From positions 10,143 to 74,142 of the IMG/VR virus record IMGVR_UViG_3300037475_000122: a DNA stretch of 64,000 nt. The stretch is one strand, 5' to 3'. This DNA is from a virus. A model generated the notes under the pieces. The model was not told where the DNA came from. It was given only the letters and a program-made list of their open reading frames with translations, and searched no databases. Both the position numbers and the translations under genes were made by a program. Below are positions 38,261 through 47,531 of the stretch, piece after piece (within the stretch, counting starts at the first letter, position 1; every line of letters begins with the position of its first letter).

Positions 38261-38877
38261 TCTCCGTCCTCCGGGATTTCGGCCGCTGGCAGGTCCGACT
38301 TCATCGGGCCGTGCCCGGGGCCGGGGCAAATCGGCTGGCCGACGTCGAGCCATTTTTGGGTCAGGCGCACGAGGAATCCGCACGTCTCGCATTCACACTT
38401 CCGCATGCGCGTCGTCTGCGGCTTCGGGTCCTTCGGGCACGGGAGAATTTTCGAGTGCGGGAACGGCCCGAGGGCTTCGGAGATTCCCTTGAATCGGACG
38501 ATGAGGTCTTCGCCCGCGCTCGTCGAAGTCATCTTGCCTTCGAGCCCGAGTTTCTTTGCCACCTTGGCAAATTGCGGGCCATGCTTGGCGTCGGGACCGG
38601 CGGCGACGTGGCAGACTTCATGCACGAGGGTTGCCAGCACTCCCATCGGCGCGACGACGTCGTCGAGCAGCGGCGAGATGAAAAGCTGCGGCTTGCCATC
38701 GGCGGCAGTCGAGCCGAACCAGCACTGACCGATGACCAACTTTTTCGGACTCAGCGCGCCCTTCGACGGCCAGCCGACACTGACGCGAATTTCCGGGATG
38801 GTGAATCCGTGCCCAAGGAAAATCGGTCGGAGGTTTTGAACGGCGGCGTCGAGCCACGCTTCACGATTCAGAGCCAT
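38257..38877 (-). CDS. SprT-like zinc metalloprotease
   Basis: LVHEVCH..HG..F with C-terminal CxCxxC..CP. Confidence 0.75.
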   Translation of the reverse strand: MALNREAWLDAAVQNLRPIFLGHGFTIPEIRVSVGWPSKGALSPKKLVIGQCWFGSTAADGKPQLFISPLLDDVVAPMGVLATLVHEVCHVAAGPDAKHGPQFAKVAKKLGLEGKMTSTSAGEDLIVRFKGISEALGPFPHSKILPCPKDPKPQTTRMRKCECETCGFLVRLTQKWLDVGQPICPGPGHGPMKSDLPAAEIPEDGE

Positions 38878-39404
38878 ACACCCTCCGCGATGAGTTGGGC
38901 GCGCTGCTCGTTCACGATTTTGATAGCGTGTGTCAGGTCCCGGGCAACCGGGTAAAATCGCCAAACGCCGGTCGGGGCCTGCTTGTGGGGGTAGCTATCG
39001 CGGACCCATGTCAGGATAGGTTCCGGCGCGGAAGAATTTCCGGAATAGTCCACGACCTCGGATTTCAGGGTGTTGCCGTTCCGGTCCATTTCGACGACGA
39101 AGCGCCGATAGTTGTTGGGGAGGTCGTATCGGTTGTCCACAATCCACTCTTGGACGTGCCAATCGCTTTCGGCGGCATCGCGCGCGGCGGCGAACGTGGA
39201 GAAAACTCCAACGACGTGGCAGTCGGAATACTCGCCTTGCTGAGCCGTGTAAAGAGTCAACGGGGCACTCTCGGCTTCGGCGATGGCGGCGACGGCCATA
39301 TCGCGCACGGTTTTGGGGTCGATGGGTCCGCCCAGATTCAACCCCTCCGGCCCGCCCGTCATGTCGAGCAGGGCCTTGCAAGCTGCTAGTAAGTTTTTAT
39401 TCAT
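38868..39404 (-). CDS. Hypothetical protein
   Basis: 178 aa, own promoter. Confidence 0.65.
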   Translation of the reverse strand: MNKNLLAACKALLDMTGGPEGLNLGGPIDPKTVRDMAVAAIAEAESAPLTLYTAQQGEYSDCHVVGVFSTFAAARDAAESDWHVQEWIVDNRYDLPNNYRRFVVEMDRNGNTLKSEVVDYSGNSSAPEPILTWVRDSYPHKQAPTGVWRFYPVARDLTHAIKIVNEQRAQLIAEGVWL

Positions 39405-39409
39405 GAGTC

Positions 39410-39437
39410 ACTGTGCCACACTTTCGCTCGTTGTCAA
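39410..39437 (-). promoter_or_regulatory. Early-class leaderless promoter
   Basis: TTGACA-N16-CACAGT-N5-ATG with extended TG. Confidence 0.6.
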
Positions 39438-39440
39438 ATT

Positions 39441-39478
39441 AAAAGAAAACCGGCCCGCGCGTCCCTTCGCGAGCCGGT
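39441..39478 (-). terminator. Rho-independent terminator after SSB
   Basis: ACCGGCTCGCG...CGCGGGCCGGT followed by TTTCTTTT. Confidence 0.7.
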
Positions 39479-39494
39479 GCGGTGCGACCGAATT

Positions 39495-40388
39495 CTAGTC
39501 GCCCGAGGAGAGGACGCGCTGCACGAACTCGATGAACGCGGGCGTGTTGCGAGCGCCGGGGGTGAGCACGGGGACGTGCGCGCTGTTGCCGCCGTCGAAC
39601 GGCTTCAGCTTCGTGGTCAGATTCCACGAGAAGGACGGGTAACCGCCCGCCTTGAGGTGACCCTGCTTGCGGGCCGTGTAGATGATTTTCGCCCCGCCCG
39701 TGTAGGCGGTTTTCTTCATCGACCAGAGGGCCAGCGAGTAGTATTTTCCCTCGCACTCATGGGAAAAAACGAGGTGGTCTTCGTCCTGAACGTGTTCGGG
39801 CTTCTGCACGAGGAAAAGGCCCGTGGCAAGCCGCTGATACAGCTTGAGTCCGCGCGATTTCGCTTCGGCATAGTCGAGCGTGCCGCCAGCGGCGACAACC
39901 TCGGCTTCCGATTTGAACACCTTGGCGGGTTCGCCGAACTTCACGTCCTCGACGTATTTTTTCTTCCGAAACCCGATGACGGTGAGGTTGAGGGGCTTCG
40001 TCCCGGCAACGCTCTTCAGCGGGTTCGCCGGAACATGAACCACGAGGGACTGGTTCAGGGTGATTTCGCCGGGGTTGAAGACCTTGGACAAGTCTCCGAT
40101 TCCCTGCACGATGTTCAGCGCGGGGAGGATGATGTCCTCGAAGCTGATGTCTTCGTCGTCGTAGCCGCCTGCGGTGCTACGCGCGACCTCGCCGGGAGGC
40201 GGGACCACGGCAACGGCCGTTGACGGTGCGGCAGCGGGGGCCGAGGGAATCGCCGCAACGGGGGTTGCGTCAATGACCGTCGGGGCCGGTGCGTTTGCCG
40301 CCGGAGTGGCGGTGTTCTGGCTCACGACTTCGACGTCCACGGCGGGAGTCGGGGTTGCGGTGCCAAAACTGATGCGGTTGCTACTCAT
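39495..40388 (-). CDS. Putative ssDNA-binding protein
   Basis: DIILPALNIVQ motif; between exonuclease and polymerase; strongly biased codons. Confidence 0.55.
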   Translation of the reverse strand: MSSNRISFGTATPTPAVDVEVVSQNTATPAANAPAPTVIDATPVAAIPSAPAAAPSTAVAVVPPPGEVARSTAGGYDDEDISFEDIILPALNIVQGIGDLSKVFNPGEITLNQSLVVHVPANPLKSVAGTKPLNLTVIGFRKKKYVEDVKFGEPAKVFKSEAEVVAAGGTLDYAEAKSRGLKLYQRLATGLFLVQKPEHVQDEDHLVFSHECEGKYYSLALWSMKKTAYTGGAKIIYTARKQGHLKAGGYPSFSWNLTTKLKPFDGGNSAHVPVLTPGARNTPAFIEFVQRVLSSGD

Positions 40389-40423
40389 TTTTTCTTCTTT
40401 CTGTTTTTGGTTTTTGGTGTTGC

Positions 40424-41617
40424 TCAGGAGTCAGCGGTTTTGCTGTCATCCTGTTTCCGGGCCTGTCGGAGGAACGAATAAGGCGTCCCCTCTTCGACCG
40501 CACCCAATGCGAGAGCGGCCAGCCCGAAATCTTTTTCAATCGCGGTCTTCTGTCCGCGCGGTGCTTCAGTGGCGATGAGCTTTTCCAGCTTGCCGATGTC
40601 CACCTTGTAAAGCAAGTCAACTTTGTCCCGGTTGGCCTCGGACAGATAGCTCTTGGCGAGGTCCCCGAGGGCGCGGGCGTTCACGACGGAGCGTTTCGAC
40701 TGCGTCACGAGCGTGTAACCGTCCGGGATGAATTCCGGATGTTCGATTGTCTTCGCGGTCGCTTGCCGCTTGTAAGCCTCGGCCCACGTCTTGACGATGT
40801 CGGCCAGAGCGATGCCCAACTTGACTTGCGCTGGGTCGGAGACGAGGGACGGCGTAATCTCCGCCGGGACTTCGAGCGGCGCGTATTTCCGGCCGACGGC
40901 GATGACCTTAGCGGCGACCGCCGGGCAGCGGGCAATGTGAGCGCAGAACCGGCAGGACGAGGAGTTCGCCGACGCCATGGAAAAATCGTCCTTGGCGAGC
41001 GTGGCGGCTTCGGCCCGGCGGACAATGGTCGTTATCCGGGTTATCATCCAATTGAACTCGTCACGTTTAAACGTGTGCTCCGAGACGAAGTCCGCATGCG
41101 GCATGATGAAGCCAACTTTGATTTCCTGCAACTTCGGAAAACGCTTTAGGATTCCGAGCGCGTAGGAAATGCCCTGAACGTTGTTCACAGCTTCCTCGAC
41201 CGCGTTGTTCCCGAACTTCCAGTCGAGAATTTCGGCGCGCAGTTCGTCGGCGCTGACGAGCCCAAAGTCGAGATAGCCCGCTGTCGTCCCTTTGAATCTG
41301 GTTCCGTCGGGCGCGGTGACAAACTCGTCGTCGATGGGCAAGTATTGCTCCTTGAGGACCGTGCATCCGGGGTTGGCCTTGATGCGTTCCTCGCACAGCA
41401 TGATGCAATCCGTCACCGCCATTGCACGGTAGTCCGGGAGGTCCAAATCGTCAATCCCTGAATCGACCGCGTCGTGCTGCTTCGTGCCGGTGATTGCCAT
41501 CTCATGCACGTCGCCGTCGCGCTGCGCGAACTTCGGGCAGGCTTCGCGACACTGCAACGAGGAGGGCGAGTAAGGGTGATGGACCCGCGTTTCGGATGTT
41601 GGTTTTTCGTCGTTCAT
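40424..41617 (-). CDS. Cas4-like PD-(D/E)XK exonuclease (DUF2800-like)
   Basis: H..YSPSS..C..GT..H, GYLD, DWKFG, CRFC..CP. Confidence 0.8.
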   Translation of the reverse strand: MNDEKPTSETRVHHPYSPSSLQCREACPKFAQRDGDVHEMAITGTKQHDAVDSGIDDLDLPDYRAMAVTDCIMLCEERIKANPGCTVLKEQYLPIDDEFVTAPDGTRFKGTTAGYLDFGLVSADELRAEILDWKFGNNAVEEAVNNVQGISYALGILKRFPKLQEIKVGFIMPHADFVSEHTFKRDEFNWMITRITTIVRRAEAATLAKDDFSMASANSSSCRFCAHIARCPAVAAKVIAVGRKYAPLEVPAEITPSLVSDPAQVKLGIALADIVKTWAEAYKRQATAKTIEHPEFIPDGYTLVTQSKRSVVNARALGDLAKSYLSEANRDKVDLLYKVDIGKLEKLIATEAPRGQKTAIEKDFGLAALALGAVEEGTPYSFLRQARKQDDSKTADS

Positions 41618-41841
41618 TTGAGTGAAGAGTCTCGGCCGACAATTTGTTCCCAGACGTGGGCCAACCACGAAAGAATCGCGGAGACCCGGGTGAAGTAGAA
41701 CGGCCCCCAGACCGGGTGAAATCCTAGAATCTTGTGCGAGACCACGCGCCAAGCCGTCGAGCGTTGCGTGTCGCAATTCCAGTTGTCACACCGTTCGAGA
41801 GTGAACAAGAGCAAGTTGGTTCGGTGATAGTTTGAGTTCAT
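41614..41841 (-). CDS. Hypothetical protein
   Basis: 75 aa, coupled overlaps. Confidence 0.5.
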   Translation of the reverse strand: MNSNYHRTNLLLFTLERCDNWNCDTQRSTAWRVVSHKILGFHPVWGPFYFTRVSAILSWLAHVWEQIVGRDSSLK

Positions 41842-42041
41842 TCGCGTATCAAATCATTAGTTGGCGTCGGCGGGACGGGCGATAGTAGCCGGGCGTAATG
41901 CCAGTGTGTATGCGCGCTCCAATGTCTCCCGGGCGGATGGAAAGTCGGATGCCACGAGTGGCCGGGACCTTTACAGTAAACGTCCCCCTCCTGAATTTCC
42001 TCGCCCTCAACTAAGAGGCGATGGCCGGGCGGAGGAATCAT
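41838..42041 (-). CDS. Hypothetical protein
   Basis: 67 aa, coupled overlaps. Confidence 0.55.
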   Translation of the reverse strand: MIPPPGHRLLVEGEEIQEGDVYCKGPGHSWHPTFHPPGRHWSAHTHWHYARLLSPVPPTPTNDLIRE

Positions 42042-42271
42042 GCCGGGACAATGCAGCGGATGCAGGTGTTGTTCCGGTCGCGGCCGAAGAGGAATCCCCG
42101 GCGGACGGATTCAGCCGTATTGCCAACGGCAATGACGACTTGGACGGGTCCGGGGCGACTCTCGCGTTTCTCCCAGCCGCCGACATTGCCTTTGTTGGCA
42201 ACCGGGACGGAGGAGTAAGTTTGGAAGGCGATTTTGAAGGGCTGGTTGTTTTTGTGTTTTCGGATTTTCAT
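42038..42271 (-). CDS. Hypothetical protein
   Basis: MKIRKH start after an A-rich leader. Confidence 0.5.
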   Translation of the reverse strand: MKIRKHKNNQPFKIAFQTYSSVPVANKGNVGGWEKRESRPGPVQVVIAVGNTAESVRRGFLFGRDRNNTCIRCIVPA

Positions 42272-42300
42272 TTTTTGGTTTTTAATAACTGATAACAAAT

Positions 42301-42396
42301 TGGAAATCTGGATTGACCCTCGGCTCGTTCCATGTCCGACTTCCCGGATAGGCGCTCCCAAGTGGCGCTGGTCCCGTTTTGCACCCGGCCCAGATT
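42301..42396 (-). ncRNA. Candidate structured, tRNA-like RNA
   Basis: 96 nt; 5' AATCTGG pairs with 3' CCAGATT-T-CCA; internal hairpins; no canonical T-loop. Confidence 0.35.
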
Positions 42397-42463
42397 ATAC
42401 GGCAAAGTTGTAGCCGTGTTCGTGCGTCCGGCAAACGACGCCCTCGGGAGTTACCCGAAGAAG

Positions 42464-42610
42464 TCATTTCGGTTTGTAACCGTGGTCGATGGCATTCAGC
42501 AAACGCTGTTGCGCTTTCGCCTTGTCCTTCGTGGTGCATTTTGCGTGCGTCCCGTTCGGGGTCTTGACGCTGTAGCACCCGGATTTTTTCTTTGTCACTT
42601 TCGCTGGCAT
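42464..42610 (-). CDS. 48-aa basic protein (not in ORF track)
   Basis: MPAKVTKKKSGCYSVKTPNG...RLLNAIDHGYKPK. Confidence 0.6.
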   Translation of the reverse strand: MPAKVTKKKSGCYSVKTPNGTHAKCTTKDKAKAQQRLLNAIDHGYKPK

Positions 42611-42617
42611 AGTCGTC

Positions 42618-44102
42618 TTATATCACGTTCGCATCTGACCCCGTATCTGTCAAGGGTAAATTTCCAAGAGGGCAAATGTCGCCATCGTTTAATAAGTCGT
42701 AACGGTCAAGCTTGCCCTCAAGTGCATCCCGCATAGGCTCTTCGATTGTTCCGGCGCACAAAATGATGTCGTATTGCACGGGCGATTTTCCACCAGAGCG
42801 CGGCAGGCGTCCGAAAATTTGTCGGGTCTCCCGGGCAGAATTTCCGAGGTTTACTTCACCGCTCCGAGGAAAATTGCCGTGTCGGTCGTGAAGACTAATC
42901 GCCACTCCCCCGGCCGCAGCCGACGCCACAATCACGCGCTCGCTGTCCGCGCCAAACGCTTCGATGTTCATCCGGCGCTCCTTCTCCGGCTGCGCGCCGA
43001 TAATCATGCAGGACGTCCCGAGGCGTCTGCAAAGTTCCTTGACGCTGGCCCGGTAGTTCAGGAACACCGCCACACTCCGCCCGGCCGCAATCAAATCTTT
43101 CGTGCGCTGCTCGAACACCGGCAGCTTCAGCATCTCCAACTCCTGCTTAGCGCGGAGGAGATTTTCAAGCGCCGTATCGCCGCCCTTCTCGCGGTCCTCG
43201 TGAATGATGGCGATGAGGTCCGCCATCTCGCGATAGAGCGCGTCCATCCGGGCCGGGTCAGTGATGTTGTAAAGCTGCGCGCGGATGGTGCATTTCGGAA
43301 ACTTGTCCCCGAGGTCCGCAATCCTCACGCGTGCGCCCCGGGAGGGGAACAGGTCCGCGTGAAGCTGCGACATTATCTTTTTGCCTTCCTCTTTCGACGC
43401 CACGTAATGAAAGCCACGGAAAGGGAGTTTCTTGCAGCCCCGAGACATTGCCCAAGGATAAAAACCACGAGGGCCGATAAGCTCATGGAGACCAAGAACG
43501 AAACCCAGAGCGCGCATCCCGAGAGGTGAATCGCAACCAGTAGCCGAGAGCATAAGAGTCGGAATTTTTTGGCGCTTCGCTGCAATGAGCATATCAGCTT
43601 GCAACGAGTCGAGTCCTCCGCAACGGTGAACCTCATCGACGACGAGGAGTTTGATTCCGGGGTGCCAATTAAATCTGCCATACTTGTGCTCTCGTTTTAA
43701 AACTTTGACGCAGTGAATGCCGCCGTGATGGTGCGGACAATAGAACGGCTTGGCCGGGTCAATCTCGCACTGGCATTGCGTGCATTGCAAAAACGTCGGC
43801 ATGACCTTCGGCGGCGGGTTGTCCCACTGCCCGAACGGCGTGTTGCCCAGCCGAATCAGGTCGAGCGACTGAACGTCCGGGTCGATTCCGAGGTGCTTTG
43901 CCATCCACTGCCAGTCAGAGACGGAGACCGCCGGGACGACGCACAGCGTAGGCACGCCAAGCTCCCGGATAACGGCGCACGCGTGGGCAGTCTTCCCGAC
44001 ACCCATGTCCGAGGCATCAAACGACGCGCCATGCAGACGGAGAGCCTTAAGGTGGGCTTCAACGGCCGGGGGCTGGTGGTCTAATAATCCAGTTACGTTC
44101 AC
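42618..44102 (-). CDS. SF2 (SNF2-like) helicase
   Basis: DMGVGKT, DEVH, SAT, Q..GR..R. Confidence 0.85.
   Translation of the reverse strand: MNVTGLLDHQPPAVEAHLKALRLHGASFDASDMGVGKTAHACAVIRELGVPTLCVVPAVSVSDWQWMAKHLGIDPDVQSLDLIRLGNTPFGQWDNPPPKVMPTFLQCTQCQCEIDPAKPFYCPHHHGGIHCVKVLKREHKYGRFNWHPGIKLLVVDEVHRCGGLDSLQADMLIAAKRQKIPTLMLSATGCDSPLGMRALGFVLGLHELIGPRGFYPWAMSRGCKKLPFRGFHYVASKEEGKKIMSQLHADLFPSRGARVRIADLGDKFPKCTIRAQLYNITDPARMDALYREMADLIAIIHEDREKGGDTALENLLRAKQELEMLKLPVFEQRTKDLIAAGRSVAVFLNYRASVKELCRRLGTSCMIIGAQPEKERRMNIEAFGADSERVIVASAAAGGVAISLHDRHGNFPRSGEVNLGNSARETRQIFGRLPRSGGKSPVQYDIILCAGTIEEPMRDALEGKLDRYDLLNDGDICPLGNLPLTDTGSDANVI
42625..42653 (-). promoter_or_regulatory. Possible promoter
   Basis: TTGACA-N17-GAACGT with extended TG. 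Confidence 0.45.
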
Positions 44103-44418
44103 TTTGCCAATCGACTTCGAGAAAAGATTTATCGAACTTCGGCGGATAGATGCACTGCTCGCGGGCCTGCTTCAGCTTCCGACGTTTCCACTTGAGCCGC
44201 TGCTTCCGGGTCCAGAGCCGATACGACCGGGGCTCCGAGTAAAAAATCATGAACGAGGCGTCATACGGGGCCTCGACCCAGAGCGGATTGGGCGTGACTC
44301 CGGCGTCAAGCTTCGCGTTTGCACTCGGGGCAGTAAGGGCGGTCGTCAGGTCCTCCGCCTTCAACAAGCCCGCAACCGCAATACGTGCAATAGGAAATCC
44401 CCTCGGCAGTCTCAGCAT
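44059..44418 (-). CDS. Hypothetical protein
   Basis: MLRLPRG start, basic C-terminus. Confidence 0.5.
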   Translation of the reverse strand: MLRLPRGFPIARIAVAGLLKAEDLTTALTAPSANAKLDAGVTPNPLWVEAPYDASFMIFYSEPRSYRLWTRKQRLKWKRRKLKQAREQCIYPPKFDKSFLEVDWQSERNWIIRPPAPGR

Positions 44419-44654
44419 TTTGGTCCGGGGATAGCGCAAGCTTCGCGAGCCGCGCCAACGCGCTCTTGCAAATGTTTAAGGGTGACATAAGGAGAATGAA
44501 AAGACGGATGGTCTTGGTGAACTCTCAGCCCGTCGAGCATGACGGACAAAAATTTGTCGATGCGTTTGTCGCTCTCGACTTTCACGCGCGCCAGTGCCAA
44601 CGCCTCGGCATTTTTCAGCGCGTTGAATTCTTCTTCGGTCAGGATGATTTGCAT
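44412..44654 (-). CDS. Hypothetical protein
   Basis: MQIILTEEEF start. Confidence 0.55.
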   Translation of the reverse strand: MQIILTEEEFNALKNAEALALARVKVESDKRIDKFLSVMLDGLRVHQDHPSFHSPYVTLKHLQERVGAAREACAIPGPKC

Positions 44655-44655
44655 T

Positions 44656-44850
44656 TTATTCGATGGAAACGTGGTCCGGATATTGTTCGGCGACGGTCTT
44701 GCAGTCCTTCGAGAACGCGCCGACGTAAATCGGTTTGCGCTCGACGATAACCAGCGCGTGCCCGCGCGCGACGGACTCAAGGCATTCCGGCTTCGGCTTG
44801 TCGTATCCGCACTCGGCCAGCCGTTCGAGAAGTCGTCCCAAGGTTACCAT
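44656..44850 (-). CDS. Hypothetical protein
   Basis: MVTLGRL start. Confidence 0.5.
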   Translation of the reverse strand: MVTLGRLLERLAECGYDKPKPECLESVARGHALVIVERKPIYVGAFSKDCKTVAEQYPDHVSIE

Positions 44851-45404
44851 ACGATTTTGTAACAGCGAATTGAGTCTTCGAGTTTTGCTTCCTGACACTT
44901 CACACGATAGCCGAATCTCGGTTCGACATACCACCAGACCCCGTTCGCGTCGCACAATAGACCGAGCGCGTGGTGCCCGGCAAATCCGAGCCGCCCATCG
45001 AAGGAGTTTTCTTCGACCTCCGCGTAGCAGACAAAGACGGCGATGGGCAGTTCCTTGCTAACGTTCTCGACCGCCCAACGATGGCAGAGCACCCGCCACT
45101 CCCACGCCATGTCGTCGCAGTCCCACGCCTCAGCGAGATACGTGCGGTGAAGCTTGGGCCGAACCGCGAGGTCCATCTCGTGAAGTTGAAGGTGCGACGG
45201 AAAAAAGTAAATGTTGTCCGTCGGCCGGTCAGGCGCGTGATTGGGCGCGCCGGTCGAATAGTAGGCGTCGAACGCGGTGAACAGCGCCACGCTAACCGCA
45301 CGCTGCGAGACAAACTTCACCCGGGGGTCCGGCAGTTGCACGCGAGTGACGCACCCGCAGAGGGCGAGAAGCAGAGCGAGAATCAGGGCGGGGATTGGTT
45401 TCAT
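44844..45404 (-). CDS. Lipoprotein with transglutaminase/papain-like Cys protease domain
   Basis: Lipobox ALCGC; WDCDDMA, HA, YVEP. Confidence 0.6.
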   Translation of the reverse strand: MKPIPALILALLLALCGCVTRVQLPDPRVKFVSQRAVSVALFTAFDAYYSTGAPNHAPDRPTDNIYFFPSHLQLHEMDLAVRPKLHRTYLAEAWDCDDMAWEWRVLCHRWAVENVSKELPIAVFVCYAEVEENSFDGRLGFAGHHALGLLCDANGVWWYVEPRFGYRVKCQEAKLEDSIRCYKIVW

Positions 45405-45703
45405 GGCAAGACTTCAACCTCGGCTTCAATCAAACCCGTCCGCAGGTCTGACAGTTTGGTGAACGCCGCCGGGCTGAGGTCAATCCGGTCGGCATGCTTG
45501 GGCGATGTCCGGTCGTTTACACGCACGACCACGGAGCGCCCCCCGGCCGTGACCCGCAACCGGGTTCCGAATTTGTAACGGTTCGAGGCGCAGGTCAGCG
45601 CCGAGGTGTCATAAGGTTGCCCGGAAGCGGTCGGTTGTCCAGTCGAACCATACCACGAGCAGACCACGACCAACGCGGCGCTAATGAAGGCGGAGTATTT
45701 CAT
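45401..45703 (-). CDS. RlpA-like double-psi beta-barrel lytic transglycosylase
   Basis: SWYG..TASG..Y..LTCA..FGT.LRVT..SVVVRVNDR..IDLS.AAF. Confidence 0.85.
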   Translation of the reverse strand: MKYSAFISAALVVVCSWYGSTGQPTASGQPYDTSALTCASNRYKFGTRLRVTAGGRSVVVRVNDRTSPKHADRIDLSPAAFTKLSDLRTGLIEAEVEVLP

Positions 45704-45987
45704 CGGCCGTGAATTGGGTTGCGACAGTCTCCCGCGTGAAACGGGACGAGCGGCGCGCAGGAGACTCCGCTTCGGCGTTCGTAGTATTCACACTTCCCCA
45801 ACGCGAAGCGAACAAAAACGCTGTCGTAGTTAGGGATGGCTTCAGGTAAAACCTTTTCCGACATCGGGACCGGAGCAGGCGCTTCGAGAGCAACCGGCCG
45901 GGGCAAGATGCGGTCCACGGCGACGACGGCCGCGATGCAAAAGCACATGACGCCGACGATTTTAAGGGCAATTTTCAAGGATTTCAC
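45700..45987 (-). CDS. Membrane-anchored hypothetical protein
   Basis: N-terminal TM helix. Confidence 0.55.
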   Translation of the reverse strand: MKSLKIALKIVGVMCFCIAAVVAVDRILPRPVALEAPAPVPMSEKVLPEAIPNYDSVFVRFALGKCEYYERRSGVSCAPLVPFHAGDCRNPIHGR

Positions 45988-46483
45988 GGATTTCTTTCAA
46001 GTTTGCGATTTTGAGACGATACCAATTCAGCCAGAGCCGGTCTGACCCGCTGCCGATGTAGGGAATGGCATGCGATTTGAATTCTTTGATTTCCCCGGAG
46101 AGCCGGGCGCGCAGGAGATAGAACCAGCGAGGCTCGCATAGCACGGAGTATTTGTCCGCCCAGCACAGCAACGAGGGGTCCTCCTTGTGCAGCTTCGCGT
46201 ATTCCCGGGAATGGTAGAGCGTCAGGTCATGGAAGGCGCGCGAATAAGAACTGCGGTCGAGGTATTTTCCGGCGAGGTCCGCGCCGAACTCCGGGTGTTC
46301 CCGGCCTTCAACTCCGTCGATGTTCGGCTTGCCCCAATAGCCGAGGTCATGCACGAAAATGCAAAACCACTCGCGCCACGTCGGCCAGACGCAGAACAGC
46401 CGACGCCACGCCAGCCCCACGGTCAGAGGGTGCCAGAGGAATTGATGCACGCCGAAGAGAATTGACTTGGTTCCGATTTTCAT
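45962..46483 (-). CDS. HD-domain-like phosphohydrolase
   Basis: H..H, VHDLGY, EH, YHSR, WADK. Confidence 0.55.
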   Translation of the reverse strand: MKIGTKSILFGVHQFLWHPLTVGLAWRRLFCVWPTWREWFCIFVHDLGYWGKPNIDGVEGREHPEFGADLAGKYLDRSSYSRAFHDLTLYHSREYAKLHKEDPSLLCWADKYSVLCEPRWFYLLRARLSGEIKEFKSHAIPYIGSGSDRLWLNWYRLKIANLKEIREILENCP

Positions 46484-47001
46484 GGTTCGCAAGAGAGACC
46501 GCACGCCGGGACGTCCTGCTCTTCAATCGTGAGCGCGGGCATGGTTGAGTTGTGGAGAAAAAATTTCGCCATCGGCACAATCCAAGCCAGATTGGGCAGC
46601 GGCTCGTATTCCCCGACGCGGTCCACGCGCAGGAGATTGACGACTTCCTCGGAGGTGGTCTTCAGCGCGAGGAATTTGTCCCACTCCATCTGTCCGGTAA
46701 ACATCGCGACCTTGCCGCCGGGAATCTTCATGTCGGCGAAATAAATCCAACTTTCCGCGTTGGTCTCCGTGCCGGTCTCCTCCTTGAACTCGCGCACCAT
46801 GGCCTCGTGTTCCGTCTCTTCAAACGTTTTCACGTCGAAGTTCATCTCGCATCCAATCTTGCCGCCGATGCCGTTGAGCTTTCCCTTCTGCCAATCCGGT
46901 TTTGTTTTCCGGATGAGGGCGACGTAAAAGACGCCGGGAGTCCGAGGATATTCCGCGAATGCGAATCCGACAACGTAGTTCATGGTGGGGACGAGGTTCA
47001 C
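46480..47001 (-). CDS. NUDIX hydrolase
   Basis: GGK...E..AMVREFKEETG. Confidence 0.85.
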   Translation of the reverse strand: MNLVPTMNYVVGFAFAEYPRTPGVFYVALIRKTKPDWQKGKLNGIGGKIGCEMNFDVKTFEETEHEAMVREFKEETGTETNAESWIYFADMKIPGGKVAMFTGQMEWDKFLALKTTSEEVVNLLRVDRVGEYEPLPNLAWIVPMAKFFLHNSTMPALTIEEQDVPACGLSCEP

Positions 47002-47531
47002 GGCTGAGGGTCGAGCAGAAGTTCCGACGCATACAACGACGGCGTGATGCCGATGCTGTTCTGGACTGCCCAGCGCGTCACGTTGCGGTGAAACTGGCGA
47101 AGGTCTCCATCGTTGCGGATATAATCCGTCGCATACGATGCGTCGTAAGTGACCGTCGGGTCTTCCGGAATTCCAGTCCGGTCAATCCAAACGATATGGT
47201 CGAACAGGCATCGAGACTTCGCGGCGAGAAGTTCGACTTTGTCGCGCACCCCGGTAATCACGCGGCCCTCGGGGGTCGCATGAAAGGCGCGCTGCATCAG
47301 CAGAAGCGGATTGTCGGCGCGGAATTGGTCGCAGGCCGCTTTCCAAAGCTCCCGGTTCTCGTGCCGGTGTTCCCACGCAAGCTGCGGATGAGTCTTCAGC
47401 AACTCCGCCATGAGCGGAAGAGCCGCCCAGCTTGTGCTTCCGGCGTAACGCACGCCAAGGTGATTGTCCATGAAACGCGCAGCCTCGTCCTTCCCGGAGC
47501 GGCCCCAGCCTACTATCAGTATTTTTTTCAT
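46998..47531 (-). CDS. dNMP kinase-like P-loop protein
   Basis: GWGRSGKDE, ITGVR..E, I.NDG. Confidence 0.7.
   Translation of the reverse strand: MKKILIVGWGRSGKDEAARFMDNHLGVRYAGSTSWAALPLMAELLKTHPQLAWEHRHENRELWKAACDQFRADNPLLLMQRAFHATPEGRVITGVRDKVELLAAKSRCLFDHIVWIDRTGIPEDPTVTYDASYATDYIRNDGDLRQFHRNVTRWAVQNSIGITPSLYASELLLDPQP

Noticed and set aside
40424-41617. Cas4-like nuclease as evidence of a CRISPR system
   Set aside because: Standalone exonuclease in the usual helicase-exonuclease-SSB-polymerase context
42301-42396. Canonical tRNA (Gln or Sec)
   Set aside because: No T-loop or U33 and a weak D arm; kept only as a tRNA-like candidate
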